Origin: Nitrospirota bacterium
GTDB lineage: Bacteria > Nitrospirota > UBA9217
Assembly (NCBI GenBank): GCA_963754875.1
Contig: CAVWHO010000021.1
Location: 190,284 to 254,283 of the forward strand
Length of the DNA: 64,000 nt
Reading direction: 5' to 3'
The stretch's first letter is position 1. Every line of letters starts with the position of its first letter. Positions 30,872 to 41,825 of the stretch are shown here, piece after piece. The notes below the pieces were generated by a model. That model was not told the origin of the DNA. It was given only the letters and a program-made list of their open reading frames with translations, and made no database searches. The translations under genes were made by a program, and so were the position numbers.

Positions 30872-32135
30872 TACAGCCGCCCTCCCACAATAGTCTGCAC
30901 AGCTTTCCCCTTGAGCTTCCACCCGTTGAACGGCGTATTCTTTGACCTGGACTTGAAACGCGATGAATCTACAACCCATTCTTCGGAATGATCAATGATG
31001 GTAATGTCCGCACTGGAGCCCGGAGAGAGTGTCCCTTTGTCGATCCTGAGTATTGTGGCCGGTTTAACGCTGAATTTTGCGATAGTTTCAGAAAGCGTGA
31101 GAACCCCTTCCTCCGCGAGCTTCAACGCAAGTCCGAACGCGGTTTCTAGCCCCACGATGCCGAAGGCCGCGTAATCGAACTCGCCGGTTTTTTCGTCCGC
31201 TGCGTGGGGAGCATGGTCGGTCGCGATCACATCGATCGTACCGTCCTTGAGGCCCTGCTTGATCGCCGCAACGTCATCGGCCGTGCGAAGCGGCGGGTTC
31301 ATTTTTGCCATGGTATTGTAACCCCGCACCGCTTCTTCAGTCAAAGAAAAGTAGTGAGGACAGGTCTCTGCCGTTACTTTGACGCCGCGGGACTTCGCAT
31401 CACGTATCATGCGCACTGCCCCGGCGGTGCTCACATGGGCGATGTGCAGCCTGGCGCCGGTCAGCTCAGCCAGGGAAATGTCCCTGCCCGTCATGACGTC
31501 TTCGGCCGCGCAGGGTATTCCCCTGAGGCCGAGTTCGGTAGATACAACGCCTTCATTCATCACGCCTTTTGCCGCCAGCGTTATGTCCTCGCAGTGGGAG
31601 ATAACGAGCATGTCGAAGATTTTCGAATACTCCAGGGCCCGCCGCATGATGGACGCGTTCATCACCGGCTTGCCGTCGTCGGAGATTGCGGAAGCATCCC
31701 GCTGCATGGAGTTCGCCCATCTCGGCAAGCTCCTCGCCTTTTGAGCCTTTGGTAATAGCACCGATGGGAAAGACACGGGCCGCAGCATCCTTTGCCTGAG
31801 AAAGGATGAATTCAGTGACCGAACGGTTATCGTTTATCGGGTTGGTGTTCGGCATGCAGCAGACCGACGTGAATCCGCCTGCCTTTGCCGAGGCCGTGCC
31901 GGTCGCGATCGTTTCCTTGTATTCGAATCCCGGTTCGCGCAGGTGCACGTGCATGTCGATGAGGCCCGGCACGACAAGTTTGTTTGCGGCATCGATGACC
32001 TGAGCGCCGTTCGCCTGAGATCGAACCCGGCTTCCCGAGTTTGGCGATCTTGCCGTCCGATACCAGGATGTCGAGCTTTTCGTCAACCTTGTTTGCGGGA
32101 TCGATGATGTGACCGTTTTTGATAAAGATATTCAT
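30871..32135 (-). CDS. pyrC: Dihydroorotase (frameshifted)
   Basis: [30 protein letters not shown]. Confidence 0.93.
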
Positions 32136-32249
32136 TGTGGGCACCTAATTGAAAATCAGCCTAGGAGAAAGGGAGAAGGTACAGCGAAAGGGGGATAAAA
32201 ACAGAGCCCTCTTTACTTTGCTCTTTCTCCATTTCTCCTAATCGCTTTT

Positions 32250-33180
32250 TCAGCTTTCTGCTTTCGTACCGCCGGACAGCAGGAACATCACCGCCATCCT
32301 GACAGCCACGCCGTTCGTGACCTGGTCGAGAATGACCGGCGTCGTGTCTGCGACTTCCGACGATATTTCCACTCCCCGGTTCATGGGACCGGGATGCATG
32401 ACGAGCGCATGCTTCGCAGCCCGTTCCAGGCGCTTGGGATTGAGCCCGTACAGACTTGCGTATTCGCGCACCCCCGGGAAGAGACCGGCAGCCTGGCGTT
32501 CGAGCTGGAGCCGGAGCATCATCACCACGTCCGCTCCTTCGATTGCTTTGTCCATATCGTAGTAAACCTGCGCTCCCAGGCACTCGATGCCCGGCGGGAC
32601 CATGGTGGGAGGACCGCAGACCCGGACCTTTGCGCCCATGGTCGTGAGACCGTACATGTTGGACCGTCGCGACCCGGCTGTGCATGATGTCGCCGACGAT
32701 GGCCACGTTCAGCCCGTCGAGCTTGCCGAGCTTTTCCCTGATCGTGAACATGTCGAGGAGCCCCTGCGTGGGGTGCTCGTGGGCACCGTCTCCGGCATTG
32801 ATCACCGAACTCTTGAGCCTTTTGGAAAGATATTCCGGAGCGCCCGAGCAGGAGTGGCGGACAATGATGATATCGCACTTCATGGCTTCGATGTTCCGGG
32901 CCGTATCGAGCAGGGTCTCGCCCTTGGTCACGCTGCTGGTCGACGTGGAGATGTTGATCACGTCGGCCGAAAGCCGTTTTCCTGCAAGTTCAAAGGACGT
33001 CCGCGTACGGGTGCTCGCTTCGTAGAAGAGGTTGATGACCGTCTTGCCGCGGAGCGTCGGCACTTTCTTGATGTCCCGCTCGGACACGTCCTTGAACGTC
33101 GCGGCAGTGTCGAGGATGAGTTTGATCTCATCAGCGGTCATGCCTTTGATGCCGAGCAGGTCTTTTGTACTGAGTGACAT
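32250..33180 (-). CDS. pyrB: Aspartate carbamoyltransferase (frameshift near 32670)
   Basis: [22 protein letters not shown]. Confidence 0.95.
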
Positions 33181-33261
33181 AAGTTTAACCTTCGCGGGGT
33201 GCGGCCTGAAGTTGTCGTATTTCCAGGACCCTTGCTACTCGACCCTTGACCCCTTGCTTTT

Positions 33262-33805
33262 TCATTCTCCGAGGATCACAACCTTTTCTTCCCCGCCGTC
33301 CTCGGCAAGCATGACTTCCACCTTTTCCCGGGACGAAGTCGGCAGGTTCTTGCCCACAAAATCGGCGCGGATCGGAAGCTCACGGTGTCCCCGGTCCACG
33401 AGGACCGCGAGCTGGATGCGCTTCGGCCTGCCGTAGTCCATGACGCTGTTCAATGCCGCCCGGATGGTCCTGCCGGTAAAAACCACATCGTCCACCAGGA
33501 CCATGATCTTGTCCTGAATATCGAAGGTGATGTCCGTGGCCTGAGGAACGGGCTGGGACTTGCGCGTTGACAGATCGTCGCGGTACATGGTGATGTCCAG
33601 GCTTCCGACCGGGACCTCTACTTTCTCGATTTCCAGGATTTTTGCAGCCAGGCGCCTGGCAAGGTGAACTCCGCCCCGCTGGATGCCGACCAGCACGAGC
33701 TCGCCGGCCCCCTTGTTCTTCTCCAGGATCTCGTGGGCCACTCTCGTAAGCGCCCGGTCGATGCCGGTCTTGTCGAAGATCAGGGCTTTTTCCTTGATGC
33801 TCCAT
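33262..33805 (-). CDS. pyrR: PyrR regulator / uracil phosphoribosyltransferase (likely frameshift just after the start)
   Basis: [37 protein letters not shown] before ATG at 33805. Confidence 0.93.
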
Positions 33806-33841
33806 CGTTTTGACTCCTGCCGAAGGATTAAAAAAAGACAC

Positions 33842-33876
33842 AAAAAAAACCTTCTTCCCGGAAAGGGAAGAAGGTT
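33842..33876 (-). terminator. pyr leader attenuator terminator
   Basis: AACCTTCTTCCC-tttcc-GGGAAGAAGGTT followed by a T-run on the minus strand. Confidence 0.88.
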
Positions 33877-33925
33877 GGCGTGTGTGTAGTGAGCGTGTTT
33901 CCGCTGTTAAGCTTTTTCATCGGGG

Positions 33926-33961
33926 ACCCTTCCTGGCCTCACAGGACCAGACTTAAAGAGG
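33926..33961 (-). promoter_or_regulatory. PyrR-binding loop
   Basis: CTTTAAGTCTGGTCCTGTGAGGCCAGGAAGG fits CUUUAA...GUCCNGNGAGGY...AAGG. Confidence 0.88.
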
Positions 33962-34029
33962 ATTGCTGCGTATCGGTTGTTACAATACCCCAACTGCCGC
34001 AGCTGTGTCAAGAACTTTTTTGTATTGAT

Positions 34030-34606
34030 CTAGCCTTTGATCTTCTTCATCAGCCACGCCATGTTCTTGCCCAGGTTCTTCATGGTCTGCACGCCTTCGG
34101 CATCGTTGTTCACTTCACCGGGCTGCCTGTCCCATGCCGATGTTCCAGTAGCTTGATCCGGGGATGATCATCTCATTTATCGTGAAAAAGTAATTGAGCG
34201 AGTTGAACACATTGATCGCACCTGCGCGCCTGACCGCCACCACCGCCGCTCCGACTTTGCGCTTGTACATGTCTGCATTCGCGCGCCCCACCATGCCGCA
34301 CCGTTCGATCAGCGCCTTCATGCTTGCGGACACATCGGCAAAATAGGTCGGCGAGCCGAGCAGAATGCCGTCGGCCTCGTCCATCTTCTGGATGCACTCG
34401 TTGATGATGTCCTTCTCCACGTTGCAGCGCCTGTTCTTTTTCTCGAAGCACTTGAAGCAGGCGATGCAGCCCTGGATCGGCTTCCCGGCCAGTGAGTAGA
34501 TCTCCGTCTCGATCCCTTCCGCCTTCAACTCGTCCAGGACCAGGTTCAAAAGAATAGACGTGTTCCCGTCTTTGCGCGCGCTGCCGTTAAATGCAATGAC
34601 TTTCAT
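34030..34606 (-). CDS. Iron-sulfur flavoprotein / flavodoxin family (C-terminal frameshift)
   Basis: GSARKDGNT, CIACFKC...C, GSPTYF. Confidence 0.88.
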
Positions 34607-34767
34607 ACTTCCTCCTGTTTTGATACCCGCGAAATTAAGGATTTCATCAATTAGGAACTGTTATAGCACAAAATCATTCATTTGAAAAATGGATTTTCCT
34701 CATGTACAATGAATCGGGCTTTACAATATCCTGCCGAACGGCTAGAATCGTCGCTACGAGGTGGCCA

Positions 34768-35460
34768 ATGATCCGGCTGAAACAGGTCAGCAGGTCCTAT
34801 GCTCACGGTTCAAAAGAGATCCAGGCGTTGAGCAACATCACTCTCAGCATCACGGCCGGCGCATTCCTTTCCGTCATGGGGCCGAGCGGGTCCGGCAAGA
34901 GCACGCTCCTGAACCTCATCGGCGGACTGGACCAGCCCTCGTCGGGCGAGATCTTCATCGACAACAGGCCGCTCCACGGAATTTCCGACGACGAACTCAC
35001 GCTCATCCGGCGGAGGCGCGTGGGATTCATCTTCCAGTTCTTCAATCTTCTCCCCATTCTGACGGCTGCGGAAAACGTAGGGCTCCCTCTCCTGCTCGAA
35101 GGCATCCCCTTTTCGAAGATCAAACCCAAAGCAGAGGCGCTGCTCCAAAAAGTGGGTCTCGGCAACCGCATTGAACACCGGCCGGAACAGCTCTCGGGCG
35201 GCGAGATGCAGCGCGTTGCCATTGCCCGGGCGCTCATCACGGGTCCTGCCGTGCTCCTGGCCGACGAACCCACCGGCAACCTGGACTCGCACACGAGCGC
35301 GGAAATATTGGACCTGCTGAAAGGCCTTCATGACGAAGGCCAGACCATCGTGATGGTGACCCATGACCTGAAAGCCGCATCCTACGGCACGCGCACCATC
35401 ACGCTGAAGGACGGCAGCATCGCCGAGGACACGGCATCGGGAAATCAACAGACACGATAA
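34768..35460 (+). CDS. ABC ATP-binding protein (LolD/MacB-like)
   Basis: GPSGSGKST, LSGGEMQR, ADEPTGNLD, VTHD. Confidence 0.93.
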   Translation: MIRLKQVSRSYAHGSKEIQALSNITLSITAGAFLSVMGPSGSGKSTLLNLIGGLDQPSSGEIFIDNRPLHGISDDELTLIRRRRVGFIFQFFNLLPILTAAENVGLPLLLEGIPFSKIKPKAEALLQKVGLGNRIEHRPEQLSGGEMQRVAIARALITGPAVLLADEPTGNLDSHTSAEILDLLKGLHDEGQTIVMVTHDLKAASYGTRTITLKDGSIAEDTASGNQQTR

Positions 35461-35618
35461 AAAGGACACTTTCGCGGAGAAATGGGCGAATAGGGAAAGG
35501 GAGAATAGACTCATGAAGAAGTCGAATTTTACTCTTTTAACTTTTTACGAATATTCGGACGCATCAATTCTCCATTTCGCTGTTCATTTTCCACCTTTCG
35601 TCCTGCAGAGATTCAGTT

Positions 35619-38220
35619 ATGATAACTAACCTTCCCAATCTGCTCAGGCACATCAGCCTCAGGCGCATCCGGCTCCAGAAGGTCCACACGCTCATGACCG
35701 TGGCGGGCATCTGCCTCGGCGTTGCCGCGATCGTTTCCATCGGCATCGTGAACAAGAGCGTCCTGCGGTCGTTCGAGGACTCGATCAACCGCGTGACCGG
35801 ACGGGCGGCGCTCCAGGTCACCGGCGCCGCATCGGGCTTCCCTGAGGACCTCATCGATCGCGTGCAGAAGGTCCCCGGCGTTGAGTACGCCGTGCCGGTG
35901 ATCGACACCCAGGGCATCCTCGTCGGGGCAAAGGAACGTTCGCTCATGATCCTCGGCGTCGACGTGCTCCAGGACGGCAACATCCGCGACTATAAGCTTT
36001 CGGATGAGAACGCGGACATCCCGGACCCGCTCCTGTTCCTTGCGCGGCCCGACTCGATCCTGCTCACCAAGGAGCTGGCCGACCGCGAAGGTATCAAGAT
36101 CGACCAGCAGATACAGGTCGAAACCGTGCGCGGCATCCGGACCTTTCGGGTGCGCGGCCTCCTGAACCCGGAGGGCCCGGCGAAAACCATGGGCGGCAAT
36201 ATCGCGATCATGGATTATCCCGCTGCGCAGATGGCCTTCGGCAAGGAAGGCACGGATCGACCGGATCGACGTGAGCCTCCTTCGCAATGAAGACCTCGAA
36301 ACCGTTCGCGACCGCATCAGGAAAGCATTACCCGGGGGGTACAGCGTCGTAACGCCGGAAGGCAGGACAAAGCAGGTGGAGCTCCTTGTCTCCCGCTTCC
36401 AGAAAAACATAAACCTGATCAGCTTCATTGCCGTGTTCGTCGGCATGTACCTTATCTATAATGCCGTCTCGATCACCGTGGTGCAGCGGAGAAAAGAGAT
36501 CGGCATCCTGCGCGCCCTCGGCACGACACGGCGCCAGATCATCGCGCTTTTCCTGGGGGAGACCTTCGTCATGGCCATCGTCGGTTCGGGACTCGGCCTG
36601 GCAGTCGGCATCCTCTTTGCAAAATCGGCAATCGGCGCCGTGGGCCAGACCGTGTCGGAACTGTATGTGAGGACGTCGATCTCCGAGATTGCCGTATCCT
36701 GGCCCAATCTGATCACGGGCTTCTTCACCGGCATCGTTGCCAGCCTTGCGGCAGCGCTCTTCCCTGCACTCGCGAGCACGCGCATAACTCCGGTCTCGGC
36801 CATCCGGTCCGTACCCTATTCTGAAGAAGGATTTCTTTCAGGTACCCAGGCTCAACATCGCGGCTGCTGTTTTTGTCATCCTCGCTTTGGTCCTTTTGCT
36901 GCTCTACCAAACCTTTGCGAAATCGCCACTGTTCCACAGTACGGCTGTCATGTTCTCTGCCACCATCCTCTTCCTGCTCGGCGTGTCTCTCGCCACGCCT
37001 GCCGTGCTGCAGGGTTTTCTCACCCTCTTCCACAGGTTCCTCTCGCCGCACGTCGGCGCCGCGGGAAGGCTTGCCGGCCTGAACCTCCAGAAGAACATCA
37101 CCGCGAAACGCCGTGGCAGCGGCAGCCATCTTCTACGGCATCTCCGTGTTCGTCAGCTCCGCAGGCATCATCTACAGCACCAAACAGTCGGTGCTCGAAT
37201 GGATCGATTCCTACGTGCGGGGGGACATCATCGTGACCTCAGGCCATCCCATCGCGACCACGGGCTCGCAGAACATCCCCATGCCCGTCGAGATGTGGAA
37301 AGACATCGAAAAGGTGCCGGGCGTGCTTTCCGCCGACCCCTTCCGCAAGATCTATATCGATTATCACGGCAGGCGCATCCTGCTCCTGACGCTTGACATC
37401 AACCGAAGGATCGTGTACAGTCCTTTCAAGATCGCCCAGGGAACGCGCGAGGACATGGCGCGCCTTCTGCCGAACCAGAATTATATTGCGGTGAACGAAG
37501 CGCTCGCATCGCAGGAGCATCTCGAACCCGGGGACACGATGGTCCTCCCGACGCCGGAAGGACCGGTCGCCTTCAAGGTCGCGGTCATCAACGTGGACTA
37601 CAGCTCGGACTCCGGTTCGCTCCTGATGGACATGCATACCTACCACCGATACTGGAAGGAATATCTCGCCGATTCGTTCTCGGTCCGGGTGAAGCCGAAG
37701 GCGAACGTCGAAGCCGTGCGGGACGAGATCGCGAGAAGGTTCGGGAACGACCGCAAGCTCTTCGTGCTCCCGTCGCGGGAATTCAAGGACGAGATCCGGA
37801 AGGTCATCGACCAGGGCTTTGCCGTCAACCACGCCATCAATATCATCACCATGACGATCGCCTGCCTCGGCATCATCGTCACCCTGCTCGCGTCGGTGCT
37901 CGAGCGTACGCGCGAGATCGGCATCCTCCGCTCCATCGGCATGCTCAGGAGCCAGGTGTCCCGCGTGGTCGTTATCGAATCCATGCTCCTCGGCATCATC
38001 GGCGGCACGCTCGGCGCCGGCGCCGGGATCGTCATCGGGTGGATGAGCCTCGAAGGGTTTCTCCGCGGAGACTACGGAGCCAGCATGCAGTATCATATCT
38101 ACTACGCCTCGATCTTCTGGGCGATCGTTCTTTCGACCGTGCTTGCAGCGCTTGCCGGCGTTTACCCGGCCCAACGCGCGGCAAAAACCAATATCGTGGA
38201 GGCGCTTGGCGTATGAATAA
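35619..38220 (+). CDS. FtsX/MacB-like ABC permease with duplicated module (several frameshifts)
   Basis: RKEIGILRALG and REIGILRSIG modules across overlapping ORFs. Confidence 0.85.
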
Positions 38221-39095
38221 CAGTAAGTTCACAGTTCAGAGTTCAAAGTTCAACATGTGGCTTTCAGCCCCTCGCAGTACTCTGAACCCTGAACTCCGAA
38301 CTTTGAACCGGTCACATTATACGTTCAGGATCGTCTTCACCTTATTGACGGCAGTGATTGTTCTCATAACCACCGAGGCTCACGCCCTCTCCGGCCGGGA
38401 CGTGTACGAGAAAGTCCACGACGTGCGTTCCCGCTCCCTTGACCGGAAGACCGAGGCGACCATGGTCCTCTTCGACAAAGGAGGCGGCAAGCGGACGCGT
38501 ACGCTCACCGAGTACAGCAAAAAGGCGGACCCCGAAGCGTACAAGGTCCTCGTCGTGTTCAAGTCGCCGCCGGACCTGAAGAACGTCGGGTTTCTTATCC
38601 ACGCGCACACCTTTTCCGACCGCGACCTCTGGGCCTATTTCCCGGAGTACAAGCGAATCCGCCGCATTCCCACGAGTTCGCAGGACGATTCCTTTTTCGG
38701 CTCGGACCTGTCCTATGACGATTTCGGCGGTCCACCGAATCTCGATGATTACAAGTTCAGCATCATGAAAGAAGACGTTGTCGGACAACAGACCCTGCTA
38801 CGTGGTCGAGGTGACCCCCAAAATTCACCGGAAGTATACGAGGTACATCGCCTGGGTCTCGAAGGAGTTCTGGATCCATCTCAAGATCGACTACTATCAG
38901 GACAACGACATCTATCGTACGGCGGAATTCAAAGACATCAGGATCATCGACGGCATCCCGACACCCTTTACCTGGAACGTGGAGAACAGGAAGACTGGCC
39001 ACAGGACCGAGCTGACGATCGAGAGTATCCAGTACCATACCCATTTCCCCGACGATCTGTTCACGCAGCGATCGTTGGAGCGGTCAGGAAAGTAA
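38213..39095 (+). CDS. Outer-membrane lipoprotein-sorting protein (LolA-like/DUF1329), frameshift near 38788
   Basis: F.SPPDLKNVGFL, WAYFP..KRIRRI, SFFGSDLSYDD, C-terminal FTQRSLER. Confidence 0.8.
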
Positions 39096-39519
39096 GTTTT
39101 TCTCACAAGCAAGACCGGCGGAAACCCGGTCAACCGGCAGGTTTTAGCCAGCAAGAGCAAAGTACCGGAAAAAACCTCATCCCGCAGCGCTTATTTTGTT
39201 GCGTTCTCCGAGGACTCTTGATAAAATTACATGCGGCACTTCATTGATTGTATAGGGGCATGGTCAGGTACGGTCGAGACAAACTCGCTCATGTCACCCT
39301 TCTAGCGAAGTCAGTTACCAATACTTTCTTGTAAAGCGCGCGAAAATTACGCGGCTCGCGGCATACGCCTTCATAACCTGGTCTGATGAATGCCGAACTC
39401 ATCTGTCCCTAGCGGATATAAGGTTTTTTTGCTTAGCATACGGCTAACCTTCAAGTATTTTCTCGGCGTTCTCTCCGACTGGTTATGACAAAACGCATTC
39501 TACTGCAAGGAGACATATC

Positions 39520-41589
39520 ATGATGAGATTATTGAAAATATCATTGATCATTCTATTGTCGGCGGCTACGCTGGCCGCCTGCCGCGGAAACTTGGGATCA
39601 AATGCAAACCCTACCTATACGGTATCCTATCACGGTAACGGCTACACCGGCGGCAGCGTCCCGGTCGACACGACCAACTACGTGCAGGGACAGACCGTCA
39701 TAGTGCTTGGAAATACTGGAAACCTCGCGAATACCGGCTATTCCTTTTCTGGCTGGAACACGATGTCTAACGGATCCGGGGCAGCCTATCTGCCGGCGCA
39801 GACCTTCACGATGGGTGCGGCGGATGTTATTCTCTACGCGCAGTGGATAACCCCTCCCACATACACCGTGACCTACAGCGGCAACAACAGCACCGGTGGC
39901 AGCGTCCCAACCGATATGAACAACTACCTGCAGGGGCAGACCGTCGTAGTGCTTGGAAATACTGGCAACCTCGCGAATGCCGGATATTCCTTCGCAGGTT
40001 GGAACACGCAAGCGGATGGGTCCGGCACGACCTATACGCAGTCGCAGCCCTTCGCGATGGGTGCGGCAAATGTCACCCTCTACGCTCAGTGGACCTTAAG
40101 CCCCACATACACCGTAACCTACAACGGTAACGGAAACACCGGTGGCAGCGTCCCGATATTCTCGACTAACTACGAGCAGGGGCAGATCGTTACGGTGCTT
40201 GGCAATACTGGCAACCTCGAAAAGACCGGCTATACCTTCTCGGGCTGGAACACGCAAGCTAACGGGTCCGGCACTATCTATACGCAGTCGCAGACCTTCA
40301 CGATGGGCGCGGCCAATGTTACCCTCTACGCTCAGTGGACCACAATCCCCACGTATACCGTGACCTATAATGGCAACGGCAACACCGGCGGCAGCGTCCC
40401 GATCGACTCAACCAACTACCAGCAGGGGCAGACCGTCACGGTGCTTGACAATACAGGCAGCCTTGTAAAGACCGGATATTCCTTCTCGGGCTGGAATACG
40501 CAAGCGGACGGCTCCGGCACGACCTATACACAGGCGCAGACCTTCACAATGGGTGCGGCCAATGTTACCCTGTACGCAAAGTGGACCGCAATCTTAGGTT
40601 TTGCCTACGTGGCGAACGCCGATGACAACAGCATCTCGCAGTATACGATCGGCACGGATGGCTCGCTCAAACCCCTGGCAACGGACTGGGTCATGGCAGG
40701 GCGTGGCCCCGTCTTCGTGACGGCCGACCCCTTAGGCAGGTATGCCTACGTAGCGAACGCCAATGACAACAACATCTCGCAGTACTCGATCGGCACGGAT
40801 GGCTCGCTCAAACCCATGACCGCGGCCACGGTCGCGGCAGGGACGTTTCCCAACTCGGTCACGGTCGACCCCTCGGGCAAATACGCCTACGTGGCGAACC
40901 AGCAAAACAACAATGTCTCGCAGTACACAATAGGCGCGACTGGGGCGCTCACGCCCATGACTACGGCCACGGTCACGGCGGGGTCGCTTCCCTACTCCGT
41001 CAGGGTCGACCCCTCGGGCAAATACGCCTACGTGGCGAACGCCTACGACAACAACGTCTCGCAGTACACGATCGGCGCGACCGGTTCGCTCACCCCCATG
41101 ACGATGGCCACCGTCACGGCGGGGTCGTTTCCCGTCGCCGTCACAATCGACCCCTCGGGCAAGCACGCCTACGTGGCGAACGCCTACGACAACAATGTCT
41201 CGCAGTACACGATCGGCGCGACGACTGGGGCGCTCACGCCCATGACTGCGGCAACCGTCACGGCAGGGTCGTTTCCCGCCGCCGTCACAATCGACCCCTC
41301 GGGCAAGTACGCCTACGTGGCCAACCAGCAAAGCAACAACGTCTCGCAGTACAAGGTCGGCGCGACTGGGGCGCTCACTCTCATGACTGCGGCCACCGTC
41401 ACGGCGGGGTCGTTTCCCGTCGCCGTCACAATCGACCCCTCGGGCAAATACGCCTACGTGGCCAACCAGCAAAACGACAACGTCTCGCAGTACACGATCG
41501 GCGCGACTGGGGCGCTCACACCCCTGACCACACCCACGGTCGCGGCGAGGACGGCCCCCTTCTCTATCACCACCTCAGTCATCCATTAA
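39520..41589 (+). CDS. Surface lipoprotein: four InlB-B/Listeria-Bacteroides repeats + seven-blade beta-propeller
   Basis: LAAC lipobox; 4 x 82-aa repeats; 7 x ~47-aa blades. Confidence 0.85.
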   Translation: MMRLLKISLIILLSAATLAACRGNLGSNANPTYTVSYHGNGYTGGSVPVDTTNYVQGQTVIVLGNTGNLANTGYSFSGWNTMSNGSGAAYLPAQTFTMGAADVILYAQWITPPTYTVTYSGNNSTGGSVPTDMNNYLQGQTVVVLGNTGNLANAGYSFAGWNTQADGSGTTYTQSQPFAMGAANVTLYAQWTLSPTYTVTYNGNGNTGGSVPIFSTNYEQGQIVTVLGNTGNLEKTGYTFSGWNTQANGSGTIYTQSQTFTMGAANVTLYAQWTTIPTYTVTYNGNGNTGGSVPIDSTNYQQGQTVTVLDNTGSLVKTGYSFSGWNTQADGSGTTYTQAQTFTMGAANVTLYAKWTAILGFAYVANADDNSISQYTIGTDGSLKPLATDWVMAGRGPVFVTADPLGRYAYVANANDNNISQYSIGTDGSLKPMTAATVAAGTFPNSVTVDPSGKYAYVANQQNNNVSQYTIGATGALTPMTTATVTAGSLPYSVRVDPSGKYAYVANAYDNNVSQYTIGATGSLTPMTMATVTAGSFPVAVTIDPSGKHAYVANAYDNNVSQYTIGATTGALTPMTAATVTAGSFPAAVTIDPSGKYAYVANQQSNNVSQYKVGATGALTLMTAATVTAGSFPVAVTIDPSGKYAYVANQQNDNVSQYTIGATGALTPLTTPTVAARTAPFSITTSVIH
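39613..40590 (+). repeat. Four 246-bp coding tandem repeats
   Basis: TYTVTY.GN..TGGSVP recurring with 246-bp period. Confidence 0.9.
40600..41580 (+). repeat. Seven ~141-bp coding tandem repeats
   Basis: GCCTACGTGGCGAAC...GACCCCTCGGGCAA recurring. Confidence 0.9.
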
Positions 41590-41598
41590 CAAATAACG

Positions 41599-41630
41599 GC
41601 ATGTCCGGCGCCCTCCGGCGCCGGACATGC
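41599..41630. terminator. GC-rich hairpin after the lipoprotein gene
   Basis: GCATGTCCGGCGCC-ctcc-GGCGCCGGACATGC; no strong U-tail. Confidence 0.55.
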
Positions 41631-41825
41631 AATACAACTTTGAGATGCCTGTGAACAAATCCTATTCCCTTTTGCCGAGTTTTCTTACGCAGTGTATACT
41701 TGTCCCGGGTGAATACTGATGTTCAGCTTCGAAAGAATTGCCGCTCGGAGTCAGAGAAGGCCTTCATTGGCAACTAGACACAGACTTCACCTTTCTATTT
41801 ATAGACAAGACATTTATCTGGCCGA

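Noticed and set aside
39100..39519. Second c-di-GMP riboswitch upstream of the 689-aa lipoprotein
   Set aside because: No GEMM consensus found by eye; an Infernal search would settle it.
39613..41580. Regular repeats as a CRISPR array or DGR template/variable region
   Set aside because: In-frame coding repeats without unique spacers; no cas or reverse transcriptase gene in the window.
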